Positions 63,748-64,000 of a DNA stretch of 64,000 nt are shown piece after piece. Origin of the DNA: Octopus bimaculoides (Eukaryota). The position numbers and the translations under genes were made by a program. The DNA lies in contig NC_068981.1 of assembly GCF_001194135.2 (NCBI RefSeq), forward strand, positions 89,903,460 through 89,967,459, given 5' to 3'. The notes under the pieces were generated by a model that worked only from the letters and a program-made list of their open reading frames with translations, made no database searches and was not told where the DNA came from. Within the stretch, counting starts at the first letter, position 1, and every line of letters starts with the position of its first letter.

Positions 63748-63990
63748 TTACTCTTTTTTTTTCTTTTTACACTTTTTACTTGTTTCAGTCATTTGACTGC
63801 GGCCATGCTGGAGCACCGCCTTTAGTCGAGCAAATCGACCCCGGGACTTATTCTTTGTAAGCCTAGTACTTATTCTATCGGTCTCTTTTGCCGAACCGCT
63901 AAGTGACGGGGACATAAACACACCAGCATCGGTTGTCAAGCAATGCTAGGGGGGACAAACACAGACAAACAAATATACACACACGCGCGC
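63748..63990 (-). mobile_element. SINE family A 3' half
   Basis: Near-identical to 62238-62460 and 44462-44680. Confidence 0.9.
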
Positions 63991-64000
63991 GCGCGCGCGC

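Overview
AT-rich, microsatellite-dense eukaryotic genomic DNA from a draft scaffold with many N-gaps, most of them next to (TA)n/(TG)n runs. From memory, the SINE families match those of octopus (coleoid cephalopod); this was not checked by a search. No intact protein-coding gene, rRNA, true tRNA gene or CRISPR array can be supported, and almost all listed ORFs are translations of microsatellites or N-gaps. The window is an intergenic or large-intron repeat landscape. It holds dozens of tRNA-derived SINE copies from about five families (my labels A, B, C, E, F), some with clear target-site duplications. It also holds Penelope-like element (PLE) GIY-YIG remnants, one with an inverted terminal copy; five 3' fragments of restriction-like-endonuclease (R4/Dong-type) LINEs, two of them ending in (AAT)n; an internally deleted mariner with both TIRs; a Tx1/L1-like 3' end; a MITE; a probable Helitron 3' end; and minisatellites. 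The most interesting signals are structured-RNA candidates: two minimal type-I hammerhead folds (27.6 kb and 33.0 kb, the first embedded in stacked foldbacks) and an HDV-like nested pseudoknot (21.4-21.7 kb). Also notable are a 579-bp non-coding element flanked by (AAT)n, head/tail shuffling among SINEs, and a ready-made 68-nt cassette exon in antisense family-A SINEs. A few orphan exon candidates are listed at low confidence. All structures and alignments were read by eye, so element boundaries are approximate unless a TSD or TIR is given.
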